Below are positions 16,907-25,368 of a DNA stretch of 32,000 nt, piece by piece. The notes beneath the pieces were generated by a model. It was not told the DNA's origin. It ran no database searches and saw nothing but the letters and a program-made list of their open reading frames with translations. Location of the stretch: positions 2,640,001 to 2,672,000 of the forward strand of contig NC_017039.1 of the NCBI RefSeq assembly GCF_000284455.1, written 5' to 3'. Every line of letters starts with the position of its first letter. Positions within the stretch are counted from its first letter, which is position 1. The translations under genes and the position numbers were made by a program. The DNA is from Synechocystis sp. PCC 6803 substr. PCC-P (GTDB lineage: Bacteria > Cyanobacteriota > Cyanobacteriia > Cyanobacteriales > Microcystaceae).

Positions 16907-17692
16907 ATGACTGGAAAAGTTGCCGAAAGTGATCCCAAAGGACTGTTAGTACTGATTCTGCCCCTGGCCGTGGCGATGGTTTTTATCTACAAAACCTGGC
17001 GGTGGATTTTGTTCGGTCTCACCTTGGCGATCGCCTGGGTGGCCTGGGACAATTATCAATGGCAACAGAAATGCATCGCCATCGACCCCCTGTTCAATCA
17101 ACTGGTGCAAAAAAATCAGGGCATCATCACCAAGGCAGATTTGATTGATGCGGGCATTGCCAAAGGTCGGGCAGCCCAACGTTATCTGGATGACAAGGTG
17201 GCGGAGTATGGCCCCTACGAAAAACAGGTGGGGCAAGCGAAAGTTTACTACTTTATTTCTTCCTCTACCCTAGGCGACATTTTTGACGACAGTGAACCGG
17301 AATTGGAAGAGCCTGCCCCCAGCTCTCGCCAGTTAGCCGCTACCACCGCTCCGGTGGTGGACCATCCCCTAGTACCTCCCCAGGAAGAATTGATGGCGGC
17401 CCCGGTTGGTCAAAGTCCTTTCTCCCAATTGGCGGAAATTAAGGAAGCCCGTAAGCACCAGGAAGAGGAGAAGACGGCCGAAGCCACGGAATCCACTCCA
17501 GCAGAAACTACCCCAAGCAATTCCGCCCTGACCTTGATCCAATCGGAATTAGCCAAGCGCCTAGACACCACCTCCAGCACCCTAGCCCGGCGCAAAAACG
17601 AAGATAATTTTGCCGACTGGAGTCAAACTAGGGACCCCGATGGCCTGGCTTGGAGCTATGATCCAGAGTCCAAATTATTCGTCACCATCTAG
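16907..17692 (+). CDS. Hypothetical membrane-anchored protein with an acidic/Pro-rich linker and a C-terminal HTH-like segment
   Basis: ORF track, 261 aa. Two N-terminal hydrophobic helices (LLVLILPLAVAMVFIY, ILFGLTLAIAWVAW), a low-complexity E/P/A/T region, then LIQSELAKRLDTTSSTLARRKN, which resembles a helix-turn-helix. Confidence 0.6.
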   Translation: MTGKVAESDPKGLLVLILPLAVAMVFIYKTWRWILFGLTLAIAWVAWDNYQWQQKCIAIDPLFNQLVQKNQGIITKADLIDAGIAKGRAAQRYLDDKVAEYGPYEKQVGQAKVYYFISSSTLGDIFDDSEPELEEPAPSSRQLAATTAPVVDHPLVPPQEELMAAPVGQSPFSQLAEIKEARKHQEEEKTAEATESTPAETTPSNSALTLIQSELAKRLDTTSSTLARRKNEDNFADWSQTRDPDGLAWSYDPESKLFVTI

Positions 17693-17731
17693 TCCTTTAG
17701 TAATCATTTAGCATCAAGTTGTTGGCTTTCT

Positions 17732-18631
17732 ATGACCATTACTTTCCAAGCTGTTATCGCCAAGTTGAACGAATTTTGGGCCCAGCAAGGTTGCCTCATT
17801 GCCCAACCCTTTGACACGGAAAAAGGCGCTGGCACCATGAATCCCCACACCTTTCTACGGGCGATCGGGCCGGAACCTTGGTCAGTGGCCTATGTGGAGC
17901 CCTGTCGCCGGCCCACCGATGGCCGCTATGGAGAAAATCCCAACCGGGTACAGCACTATTTCCAGTATCAGGTGTTAATTAAGCCTTCCCCGGACAATAT
18001 TCAGGAAGTGTATCTTGATTCCCTACGGGCCCTGGGTATTCAGCCCGAGGATCACGACATTCGTTTTGTGGAAGATAACTGGGAATCCCCAACCCTGGGG
18101 GCCTGGGGCGTAGGCTGGGAAGTGTGGCTCGACGGCATGGAAGTGACCCAATTTACCTATTTTCAGCAATGTGGTGGCATTGACTGTCGCCCCGTTTCCA
18201 TCGAGATTACCTATGGCTTGGAACGGTTGGCCATGTATCTGCAAAATGTGGAGGCGATCGACCAAATTCAGTGGAATGAAAAGCTCAGCTACGGGGATAT
18301 TTTCTGGCAGGGAGAAGTAGAGCAGTGTACCTATAATTTTGAAGCGTCTAACCCCGATTTATTATTTCAATTGTTTGCCCTTTACGAACAGGAAGCAGGG
18401 CAGTTAATCGAACGGGGTTTAGCTTTGCCCAGTTTGGAATATGTCCTGAAATGCTCCCATGCGTTTAATTTACTCGACGCGAGGGGAGTAATTGCCGTGA
18501 CTGAGCGCACCCGTTACATTGGTCGCATTCGTAACTTGGCTAGGGAAGTGGCCCATATTTATTTACAACAACGGGAAGCCCTAGGTTTTCCCTTGGATAA
18601 AAAAGTAGATAAACCAATTTCCCTCGTATAG
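17732..18631 (+). CDS. glyQ: Glycyl-tRNA synthetase alpha subunit
   Basis: ORF track, 299 aa. [40 protein letters not shown]... is a canonical GlyQ. No glyS lies adjacent. Confidence 0.95.
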   Translation: MTITFQAVIAKLNEFWAQQGCLIAQPFDTEKGAGTMNPHTFLRAIGPEPWSVAYVEPCRRPTDGRYGENPNRVQHYFQYQVLIKPSPDNIQEVYLDSLRALGIQPEDHDIRFVEDNWESPTLGAWGVGWEVWLDGMEVTQFTYFQQCGGIDCRPVSIEITYGLERLAMYLQNVEAIDQIQWNEKLSYGDIFWQGEVEQCTYNFEASNPDLLFQLFALYEQEAGQLIERGLALPSLEYVLKCSHAFNLLDARGVIAVTERTRYIGRIRNLAREVAHIYLQQREALGFPLDKKVDKPISLV

Positions 18632-18680
18632 GCTGATTTAAAAACTTAAATTACCGCCCAGCCTGTCCCCTACACCATTA

Positions 18681-19571
18681 ATGGTGAATTTGTTGTTTCT
18701 TTTTTTCATTATGTCCTTTTTCCCAAATAATATTTTCGATTATGATCAACAAGCAATTACTGATTTACTAATTACTGCTTCTCTGAAAATTCTCTTTGCG
18801 CTAGCAATTTTATTAATTGGCTTTTGGTTATCGAAAAGACTACAAAAGCTAATTATTAGAGCCTTAAGAAAATCCAATCTGGAGCCAACTTTTATTTCCT
18901 TTGCGGGCAATATCAGTTACTACCTACTTTTGGTTGTGTTCTTTGTGCTCTGTTTAGCCCAACTAGGCATTCAAACTAGTTCCCTCGTCGCTCTTTTGGG
19001 GGCTTCCACCCTGGCGATCGGTTTAGCTCTGCAGGGTTCCCTCGCTAACGTGGCAGGGGGTATTTTGCTGGTGTTGTTTAATTATTTTCGGGTGGGGGAA
19101 AGGATCGAAGTTGCTGGCATTGAAGGGATCGTGGAGTCGATTGAGATACTTTCGACTACCATTTGTACCTACGACAATCGCTTGGTGACTATTCCCAATA
19201 AACAAATCATTGAAAATAATATTATTAACCATGTGGGTAAGCCCGAGCGCCGCATAGATTTAGTCATTGGGGTGGGGTACGAGGAAGATATTGACCATGT
19301 ACGGTCTTCTTTACAGTGGGTAATTGATCAAAATAGTGAAGTTTGCACAGAACCAGCCCCTACCATTGCCCTGGGGGAATTAGGAGATAGCAGTGTTAAT
19401 TTCTACGTGCGTCCCTGGGTAAAATCTGAAGATTACTTCCGCCTCAAATTGCAATTAACCGAAGCAATTAAACGGAAGCTAGACGAAGAAAATATTTCCA
19501 TTCCTTTCCCCCAGCGGGACGTACATTTAATTCAACCAGAAACAAAGGAGTTGGATATTAAAGCGGCTTAA
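18681..19571 (+). CDS. mscS: MscS-family small-conductance mechanosensitive channel
   Basis: ORF track, 296 aa. Three N-terminal TM helices followed by the MscS beta-domain GERIEVAGIEGIVESIEILSTTICTYDNRLVTIPNKQI. Confidence 0.85.
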   Translation: MVNLLFLFFIMSFFPNNIFDYDQQAITDLLITASLKILFALAILLIGFWLSKRLQKLIIRALRKSNLEPTFISFAGNISYYLLLVVFFVLCLAQLGIQTSSLVALLGASTLAIGLALQGSLANVAGGILLVLFNYFRVGERIEVAGIEGIVESIEILSTTICTYDNRLVTIPNKQIIENNIINHVGKPERRIDLVIGVGYEEDIDHVRSSLQWVIDQNSEVCTEPAPTIALGELGDSSVNFYVRPWVKSEDYFRLKLQLTEAIKRKLDEENISIPFPQRDVHLIQPETKELDIKAA

Positions 19572-19785
19572 AAGTTAGCTACATTTCTAAGGTTACTAAG
19601 TAATTAGGGGGAATGACTGAATTTCCCCCATGGTCTCAGTGGGGGATGATAATCGAGGGAGAAAACTTAGTTATTCTGCCCATCTTTATCAGTGAAACTC
19701 CGGTAATTGACAAGTTCCATACAATTTCCCCTTACCATCTGGTACCCAAGGATTTTTGCCACCTCGTCCCAGGACAATTAACGCT

Positions 19786-21111
19786 ATGTTTCAGGCCACC
19801 CGTCGACGTTTAGCTTTGTGGTACACCTTGGTAACAGCGGTGTTATTGTTGCTATTTGCTAGCGGGGTTTATTTCTATGTCCGTCAAACCTTGGTAGAAA
19901 GAATTGATGACACCCTTAAGCATGTGGTGGAAGTGGTGAATCGTTCTCTGGTGGTACAAGGCCTAGACCAGGCGGAATATGGGCTGAATGTGTCGGCAAG
20001 TTTTCGCGATAATGACGCTTCCGTGGACGATGACCACATTGATTTGGAGTGGTTCAGTGCGGAGGGTCGCTTGCTGTGGTCCACCATGGGCAACAATTCT
20101 CCCCTTTCCCTTGCTAGCCAATCTAAGACAGAGACAGTTTCTTTTTCCGGCGATCGCCAGTTGCGCCAAGTAACGAAAAGAATTCAGGAAGGGGGCATGG
20201 TATTGGGCTATCTGCGGGTGAGCCATCCTTGGTTTGAAGTGACTAAACCCATTCAGCAATTGGCCTGGGATTTAAGCTTGGGGCTAACTATTTTGGTGAG
20301 TAGTGCGGCGGCCATTGGTTGGTTTCTATCGGGGTTAGCGATGGAGCCGATCGCCGAATCTTACCAGAGCTTGAAACAGTTCACCGCCGATGCCTCCCAC
20401 GAACTTAGAAACCCCATTGCGGTGATTCAAACCAATGTGCAACAGGCTTTGGAATATCCCGAAGCGGACCCCCAACAACAACGCCAACAACTCCAGGTCA
20501 TTGAACGACTTACCCAACGGCTGGGCAATTTGGTTAATGATTTGCTCTTCCTGGCCCGTTCTGACAGTGGGACCCTCGGCCGGACTTGGCAAACCATTCC
20601 TTTGGATGCGTTGTTGATTGAGGTGATTGAAGAACAACGGCTCACCGCTGAACAACGGGGAATTTTTCTTTCCCTTAGAATCGAAAGCCGGGGAGAGGAA
20701 CTGGAGGAAGATTTCACTGTGCAAGGAGATTGGGACCAGTTGGCTCGCCTATTCACTAACCTAATTACCAACGCCTTTGACCATAGCCGGCCCCGGGAAC
20801 AAACGGAACCTTCCGTAGCCCTCACCCTAGAACACTGTACTGCTGACCATGGGGCCCTGCGACCTAGGCAATCTGGCTTACAGGTCACAGTGGCAGATAA
20901 CGGGGTGGGCATTGACCCAGAGCAAATTCCCCATTTATTTGACCGCTTTTTCCGGGCGGATCCTTCCCGATCGCCTAATCAAGGGGTTGGCCTCGGGCTG
21001 GCGATTGTGGCGGCCATTGTTCAGCATCACCAGGGCAAAATCAGTGTCACCAGTTCTCCCCAGGGCAGTCAATTTCGGGTGCAACTGCCTAGTGCCGCTC
21101 CTCTTGGATAG
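19786..21111 (+). CDS. manS: Membrane sensor histidine kinase (two TM helices flanking a ~130-aa periplasmic loop), probably the Mn2+ sensor ManS/Hik27
   Basis: The ORF track entry 19756..21111 starts at a non-ATG codon. ATG 19786 (MFQATRRRLALWYT...) is the likely start. H-box SHELRNPIAV, N-box LITNAFDHS, G1 DNGVGI, G2 GVGLGLAIV. The ManS call rests on gene order (glyQ slr0638, mscS-like slr0639, slr0640) recalled from memory. Confidence 0.8.
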   Translation: MFQATRRRLALWYTLVTAVLLLLFASGVYFYVRQTLVERIDDTLKHVVEVVNRSLVVQGLDQAEYGLNVSASFRDNDASVDDDHIDLEWFSAEGRLLWSTMGNNSPLSLASQSKTETVSFSGDRQLRQVTKRIQEGGMVLGYLRVSHPWFEVTKPIQQLAWDLSLGLTILVSSAAAIGWFLSGLAMEPIAESYQSLKQFTADASHELRNPIAVIQTNVQQALEYPEADPQQQRQQLQVIERLTQRLGNLVNDLLFLARSDSGTLGRTWQTIPLDALLIEVIEEQRLTAEQRGIFLSLRIESRGEELEEDFTVQGDWDQLARLFTNLITNAFDHSRPREQTEPSVALTLEHCTADHGALRPRQSGLQVTVADNGVGIDPEQIPHLFDRFFRADPSRSPNQGVGLGLAIVAAIVQHHQGKISVTSSPQGSQFRVQLPSAAPLG

Positions 21112-21192
21112 GCAGTTAAATTTCCCAGTTTTAAACTTCTTACTTTGCTTTATCGTTTCCCTACGATTTCCCCTGCTCACTGAACAACAAAG

Positions 21193-21513
21193 CTAATTAT
21201 TTTCCTGTTTTTCCGCCGATTGTCGGGCTAGACCCTGGATAAAGCCAAAAACTACCAACAGATTGGAAAGGGATAAAAATACCTCTGCACTGCCGTGGAG
21301 CCAATCTACATCGGCCAACTGGGCTTGGTAATGGCTTTCAGCGTAGAGCCCCGCAGGGATAGTTACCACAACAAACACCAATAGAACATAAAATCCCACC
21401 ATTACGAGCTTGGGGGTTTGCGGCGATTGCCGTAGAAACCAGAGAAAACCCAGGTAGGGAAAAAGGGAAAGGGCAAAAAGATTTTCCTTGGCAAAAATTT
21501 GGCTAAGTTCCAT
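21193..21513 (-). CDS. DUF3593-like small membrane protein (106 aa from ATG 21513)
   Basis: The ORF track entry 21193..21624 is over-extended. The internal ATG (21513..21511) overlaps the TGA stop (21515..21513) of the upstream gene as TGATG. The product MELSQIFAKENLFALSLFPYLGFLWFL... has 3 TM helices. Confidence 0.65.
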   Translation of the reverse strand: MELSQIFAKENLFALSLFPYLGFLWFLRQSPQTPKLVMVGFYVLLVFVVVTIPAGLYAESHYQAQLADVDWLHGSAEVFLSLSNLLVVFGFIQGLARQSAEKQENN

Positions 21514-21827
21514 CAGGGCTTGGGGGCAGAGGGCTGGGCTGATTGACGATAAATCCACCAGGCCGCCAGGCAAAGGGTAATATTGCCAATCACGGTGGTC
21601 AGGGCCTGGAGCGTCACTAACCAATCTAACTGACTAGCATTGTCAAAGAAATGCCAAGTACAGGCACAGGTGGCACTCACCAGGGCTGGCACCATCCCCC
21701 AGGCCAGGGCCCGCCAGTGGCCATAACCAGCTTTTGTAGCATAACGACTCACCAAGGCGATCGCCACGATCCATTCAATGACACTGGAAACATGAACCAT
21801 CCAAGTGGGAATTGAGAGAGCATTCAC
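21513..21827 (-). CDS. ycf49: Ycf49-like (DUF2499) membrane protein
   Basis: ORF track, 104 aa. Three TM helices, MNALSIPTWMVHVSSVIEWIVAIALV... It matches my recollection of the ycf49 homologue (sll0608) at this position. Confidence 0.7.
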   Translation of the reverse strand: MNALSIPTWMVHVSSVIEWIVAIALVSRYATKAGYGHWRALAWGMVPALVSATCACTWHFFDNASQLDWLVTLQALTTVIGNITLCLAAWWIYRQSAQPSAPKP

Positions 21828-22130
21828 TATGGGCTATCCTGGGTGACTGATTTCTATTCAGTAACGATTGCAATCAAAACAAACCAATCATACTGTTCAA
21901 AGCCACTGCCGACTGGGGAAAGCAACCTGAGCCATATCTTTTAGGCAAGACCTTTAGGCAAATGGTAACAAAAGCGTTTCGTCTGGTGTGGTTGCAATTT
22001 AGGGTTCCGAGGAAAAACTCCACTACCTCGATGATGTTAGTCCCATGGGGTGGTCGTTGCGGAAAAACGCTCCATCTGACCGATTGGTTAACTCTGGCTA
22101 ATTTCGGTTAATACCTACGGCTGGCGATCG

Positions 22131-22144
22131 CCAGTAATTTCCGA
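22131..22144. repeat. HIP1 (highly iterated palindrome GCGATCGC), here extended to the 14-bp palindrome CTGGCGATCGCCAG. Representative of 33 copies in the window.
   Basis: Full octamers found by eye start at 1665, 1897, 4453, 6198, 8414, 9862, 10084, 10844, 11031, 11490, 12804, 13222, 14842, 16040, 16157, 17027, 20150, 21757, 22134, 23599, 24366, 24794, 25007, 25280, 26528, 27636, 28011, 28945, 29406, 30104, 30325, 31142 and 31738. Confidence 0.95.
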
Positions 22145-22229
22145 AACCAATCAGTGCCTGGGTTGGGCTCTTGGCCGGAGGAAATGTCCTACCATGGGGA
22201 ATACGTAACGAAATATTAAGCAAGTTTCT

Positions 22230-23714
22230 GTGCTTGTTGCTATGTCCATGACCCCGATCGCCATTTTATTCTCCACTCCCTTGAAGCGTTTCCTGCGGGA
22301 AAAGGTGCTCCTGGGCAATGCTCCCAGTTGGGAGTTACTGGCCATCCTCAGCATTTACTTTGTACAAGGGGTGTTGGGTCTCTCCCGTTTAGCAGTGAGC
22401 TTTTTCCTCAAGGATGAACTGGGACTGAGTCCGGCGGCTATGGGGGCTCTGATTGGTTTAGGGGCGGCGCCCTGGATTCTGAAGCCAGTGCTTGGTTTAA
22501 TGTCCGACACGGTGCCTCTATTTGGCTATCGACGGCGATCATACCTCTGGTTATCGGGGTTAATGGGTAGTGCCGGTTGGCTATTGTTTGCTGCCTGGGT
22601 GAGCAGTGGTACTCAAGCCGGGTTAGTGTTGCTTTTCACTTCCCTATCCGTGGCGATCGGCGATGTGATTGTCGATTCCCTAGTGGTGGAACGGGCCCAA
22701 CGGGAATCCTTAGCCCAAGTGGGATCTTTGCAATCCCTCACCTGGGGAGCCGCCGCCGTGGGGGGCATTATCACCGCCTATGCCAGTGGGGCTTTGTTGG
22801 AGTGGTTTAGCACCCGCACCGTATTCGCCATCACCGCCATTTTTCCTTTGCTGACCGTTGGGGCAGCTTTTTTAATCAGCGAAGTTTCCACCGCTGAGGA
22901 AGAGGAGAAACCGCAACCCAAGGCCCAAATTAAATTGGTTTGGCAGGCGGTACGTCAAAAAACGATTCTATTGCCCACTTTGTTTATTTTCTTTTGGCAG
23001 GCAACCCCCAGCGCCGAGTCAGCCTTTTTTTATTTCACCACCAACGAGTTAGGCTTTGAGCCGAAATTTTTGGGGCGGGTGCGCTTGGTCACTAGCGTGG
23101 CCGGATTGATTGGGGTGGGACTTTACCAACGCTTTTTAAAAACCTTGCCTTTCCGGGTGATCATGGGCTGGAGTACAGTGATTTCCAGCCTGCTGGGGTT
23201 AACTACCCTGATTTTAATTACCCACGCCAACCGAGCCATGGGTATTGATGACCATTGGTTTAGCTTGGGGGATAGCATTATTCTCACCGTAACGGGGCAA
23301 ATTGCCTTTATGCCGGTGTTGGTTTTGGCCGCGCGCCTCTGTCCCCCGGGCATTGAAGCGACTTTGTTTGCCCTATTGATGTCGGTGATGAATTTGGCCG
23401 GCGTATTGTCCTTCGAGGTGGGGTCATTACTGACCCATTGGTTGGGGGTAACGGAAACCCAATTTGATAATTTGGCTTTGTTGGTCATTATCACTAACCT
23501 TTCCACCCTGCTGCCCTTGCCCTTTTTGGGACTGTTGCCAGCGGGAGATCCCCAAGTAAAAGACAAAACAGAAAAAGAGGATAATCCTGATGACCCAGGC
23601 GATCGCCTGGTGTTGCCTCCAGCGGAAGTGTTTGAACATCATACAGTGGGCAGTTTGAGCGACCAAAATTTCTTGCCCGAATTTTTCCCGGAAAAAAGTT
23701 CCAGCCGTCCCTAG
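22230..23714 (+). CDS. Folate-biopterin transporter (BT1 family, MFS superfamily)
   Basis: ORF track, 494 aa. About 12 TM helices. YFVQGVLGLSRLAVSFFLKDELGLSPA and KPVLGLMSDTVPLFGYRRRSY are typical BT1 N-terminal motifs. The track start is GTG 22230, and in-frame ATGs follow at 22242 and 22248. Confidence 0.8.
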   Translation: MLVAMSMTPIAILFSTPLKRFLREKVLLGNAPSWELLAILSIYFVQGVLGLSRLAVSFFLKDELGLSPAAMGALIGLGAAPWILKPVLGLMSDTVPLFGYRRRSYLWLSGLMGSAGWLLFAAWVSSGTQAGLVLLFTSLSVAIGDVIVDSLVVERAQRESLAQVGSLQSLTWGAAAVGGIITAYASGALLEWFSTRTVFAITAIFPLLTVGAAFLISEVSTAEEEEKPQPKAQIKLVWQAVRQKTILLPTLFIFFWQATPSAESAFFYFTTNELGFEPKFLGRVRLVTSVAGLIGVGLYQRFLKTLPFRVIMGWSTVISSLLGLTTLILITHANRAMGIDDHWFSLGDSIILTVTGQIAFMPVLVLAARLCPPGIEATLFALLMSVMNLAGVLSFEVGSLLTHWLGVTETQFDNLALLVIITNLSTLLPLPFLGLLPAGDPQVKDKTEKEDNPDDPGDRLVLPPAEVFEHHTVGSLSDQNFLPEFFPEKSSSRP

Positions 23715-23866
23715 TTTCCGGTGAGTAGGGCTACAACGCTTTGCCCCTGGAGGCAATACTTTAGACTGGAGAGGGGATTGATTGGCCTCGAACTGCCTGT
23801 TTTGCTAATCCAGGCCACCCCGCCCAGAATCTAGCTGTGACCCTGTAACCTCCGAGTTTTGTAACA

Positions 23867-25348
23867 ATGTGGCTTCTTTTGCTCATCCTTGCTGTCATCA
23901 CTTATTTTGTGGTTAAAAGCAATGCCGCCCCCATCACCCGCACCCCGATTTGGATATTGTGGTTGGTGTTGATGGCTCCGGCCACCCTCTGGACAATTTG
24001 GGCCATGATTTACGGCCCCGATGCCCCCCTGCCGCCCCTACTGCTCCTGGGGCCATTTTTGGTTTGTCCACTGCTCTACTGGTGGTTGGTGCAAAAAGGT
24101 CGCATTGTCCCCGATAAAGAGGCCCAAGCTACCGCTTCCCCTAGCACCGATGGCACCCAAGGAAAAGAGCAGAAATCATCACAGCCAACCCCTCGACCCA
24201 TTGATGCGGCGGAAGAAAAATCTTTGCGGGATTGTTTTCCCTGGGGAGTGTATTACCTCCAGCAATTAGACTATCGCCCCCAAGCCATTCTGTGCCGAGG
24301 TAAATTACAGGTAGCGCCGGAAATGGCCTATGAACGGGTCAAGGGCAATGTGGAAGATGTCTTTGGCGATCGCTTTTTAGTTTTATTTCAAGAAAGTTTA
24401 CAAGGCCAACCTTTTTTCGCCTTGGTCCCTAACCCGGCCCAGGCGAAGGAAGATCGCGTTAATAATGGCGAAAAGCTCCATAAACCTTGGTTAGCGTTAA
24501 CCTTACTGCTGCTCACTGGGTTTACCACCACCATGGTGGGGGCGGAAATGGCCGGTTTGACCCCCGAAAAACTCCAGGCAGGCATCCAGACGTTAATGGT
24601 GGGTTTACCCTACAGTTTGGCAATTTTGACTATTTTGGGGTGCCATGAATTGAGTCACTATGGGGCAGCGATCCACTACAAAATCCGCACCACTTTGCCC
24701 TATTTCATTCCCATTCCCTTCTTTTTGGGTACCTTTGGCGCTTTTATCCAGATGAAGTCCCCGGTGCCCCACCGTAAGGCCTTATTTGATGTGGCGATCG
24801 CCGGGCCGTTGGGGGGCTTGGTGGTGGCGTTGCCAATTTTATGGTGGGGGTTGGCCCAATCCACTGTGGAACCCATGCCGGACAATACTAACCTGTTGCG
24901 GTTTGATGCCCTGGATTATCGTTTTTCTCTGCTGATGACCCTAATTACGAAGGCAGCGTTGGGCAGTCAATTAGGGGCTAATACGGTGTTAGACCTCCAT
25001 CCCTTGGCGATCGCCGGTTACATTGGTTTGATTGTGACTGCCTTGAATCTGATGCCCTTTGGTCAATTGGACGGGGGGCACATTATCCACGCCATGTTGG
25101 GACAACGGGCGGCCATTGTGACAGGGCAAATTACCAGGGTGGCCATGGTGCTGCTGTCCTTTATCCGTAGTGATTTTTTCATCTGGGCAATTATTTTGTT
25201 ACTGATGCCTGTGGGGGATCAGCCAGCTTTAAATGATGTCAGCGAGTTGGATGACCGTCGGGATTTGTTAGGTATTCTGGCGATCGCCATTTTGATTTTG
25301 ATCCTTTTGCCGGTGCCGCCCCCATTAGCCCAGTGGTTGGGAATATAG
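23867..25348 (+). CDS. Site-2 protease (M50 family, EGY-like intramembrane metalloprotease)
   Basis: ORF track, 493 aa. HExxH as HELSHY inside a TM helix, and NLMPFGQLDGGHI (the LDG motif) in a later helix. Confidence 0.85.
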   Translation: MWLLLLILAVITYFVVKSNAAPITRTPIWILWLVLMAPATLWTIWAMIYGPDAPLPPLLLLGPFLVCPLLYWWLVQKGRIVPDKEAQATASPSTDGTQGKEQKSSQPTPRPIDAAEEKSLRDCFPWGVYYLQQLDYRPQAILCRGKLQVAPEMAYERVKGNVEDVFGDRFLVLFQESLQGQPFFALVPNPAQAKEDRVNNGEKLHKPWLALTLLLLTGFTTTMVGAEMAGLTPEKLQAGIQTLMVGLPYSLAILTILGCHELSHYGAAIHYKIRTTLPYFIPIPFFLGTFGAFIQMKSPVPHRKALFDVAIAGPLGGLVVALPILWWGLAQSTVEPMPDNTNLLRFDALDYRFSLLMTLITKAALGSQLGANTVLDLHPLAIAGYIGLIVTALNLMPFGQLDGGHIIHAMLGQRAAIVTGQITRVAMVLLSFIRSDFFIWAIILLLMPVGDQPALNDVSELDDRRDLLGILAIAILILILLPVPPPLAQWLGI

Positions 25349-25368
25349 GGTTAAAAAAAATTGCTAAC

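Noticed and set aside
19613-19813. A 66-aa ORF in the mscS-kinase spacer
   Set aside because: It overlaps the kinase start region out of frame, has no SD, and its composition looks like translated intergenic or hairpin sequence.
20335-20912. 129-aa and 161-aa ORFs antisense to the histidine kinase gene
   Set aside because: There are no domain features, the products are Arg/Ser/Cys-rich, and both lie wholly inside a well-supported CDS with all the HK motifs.
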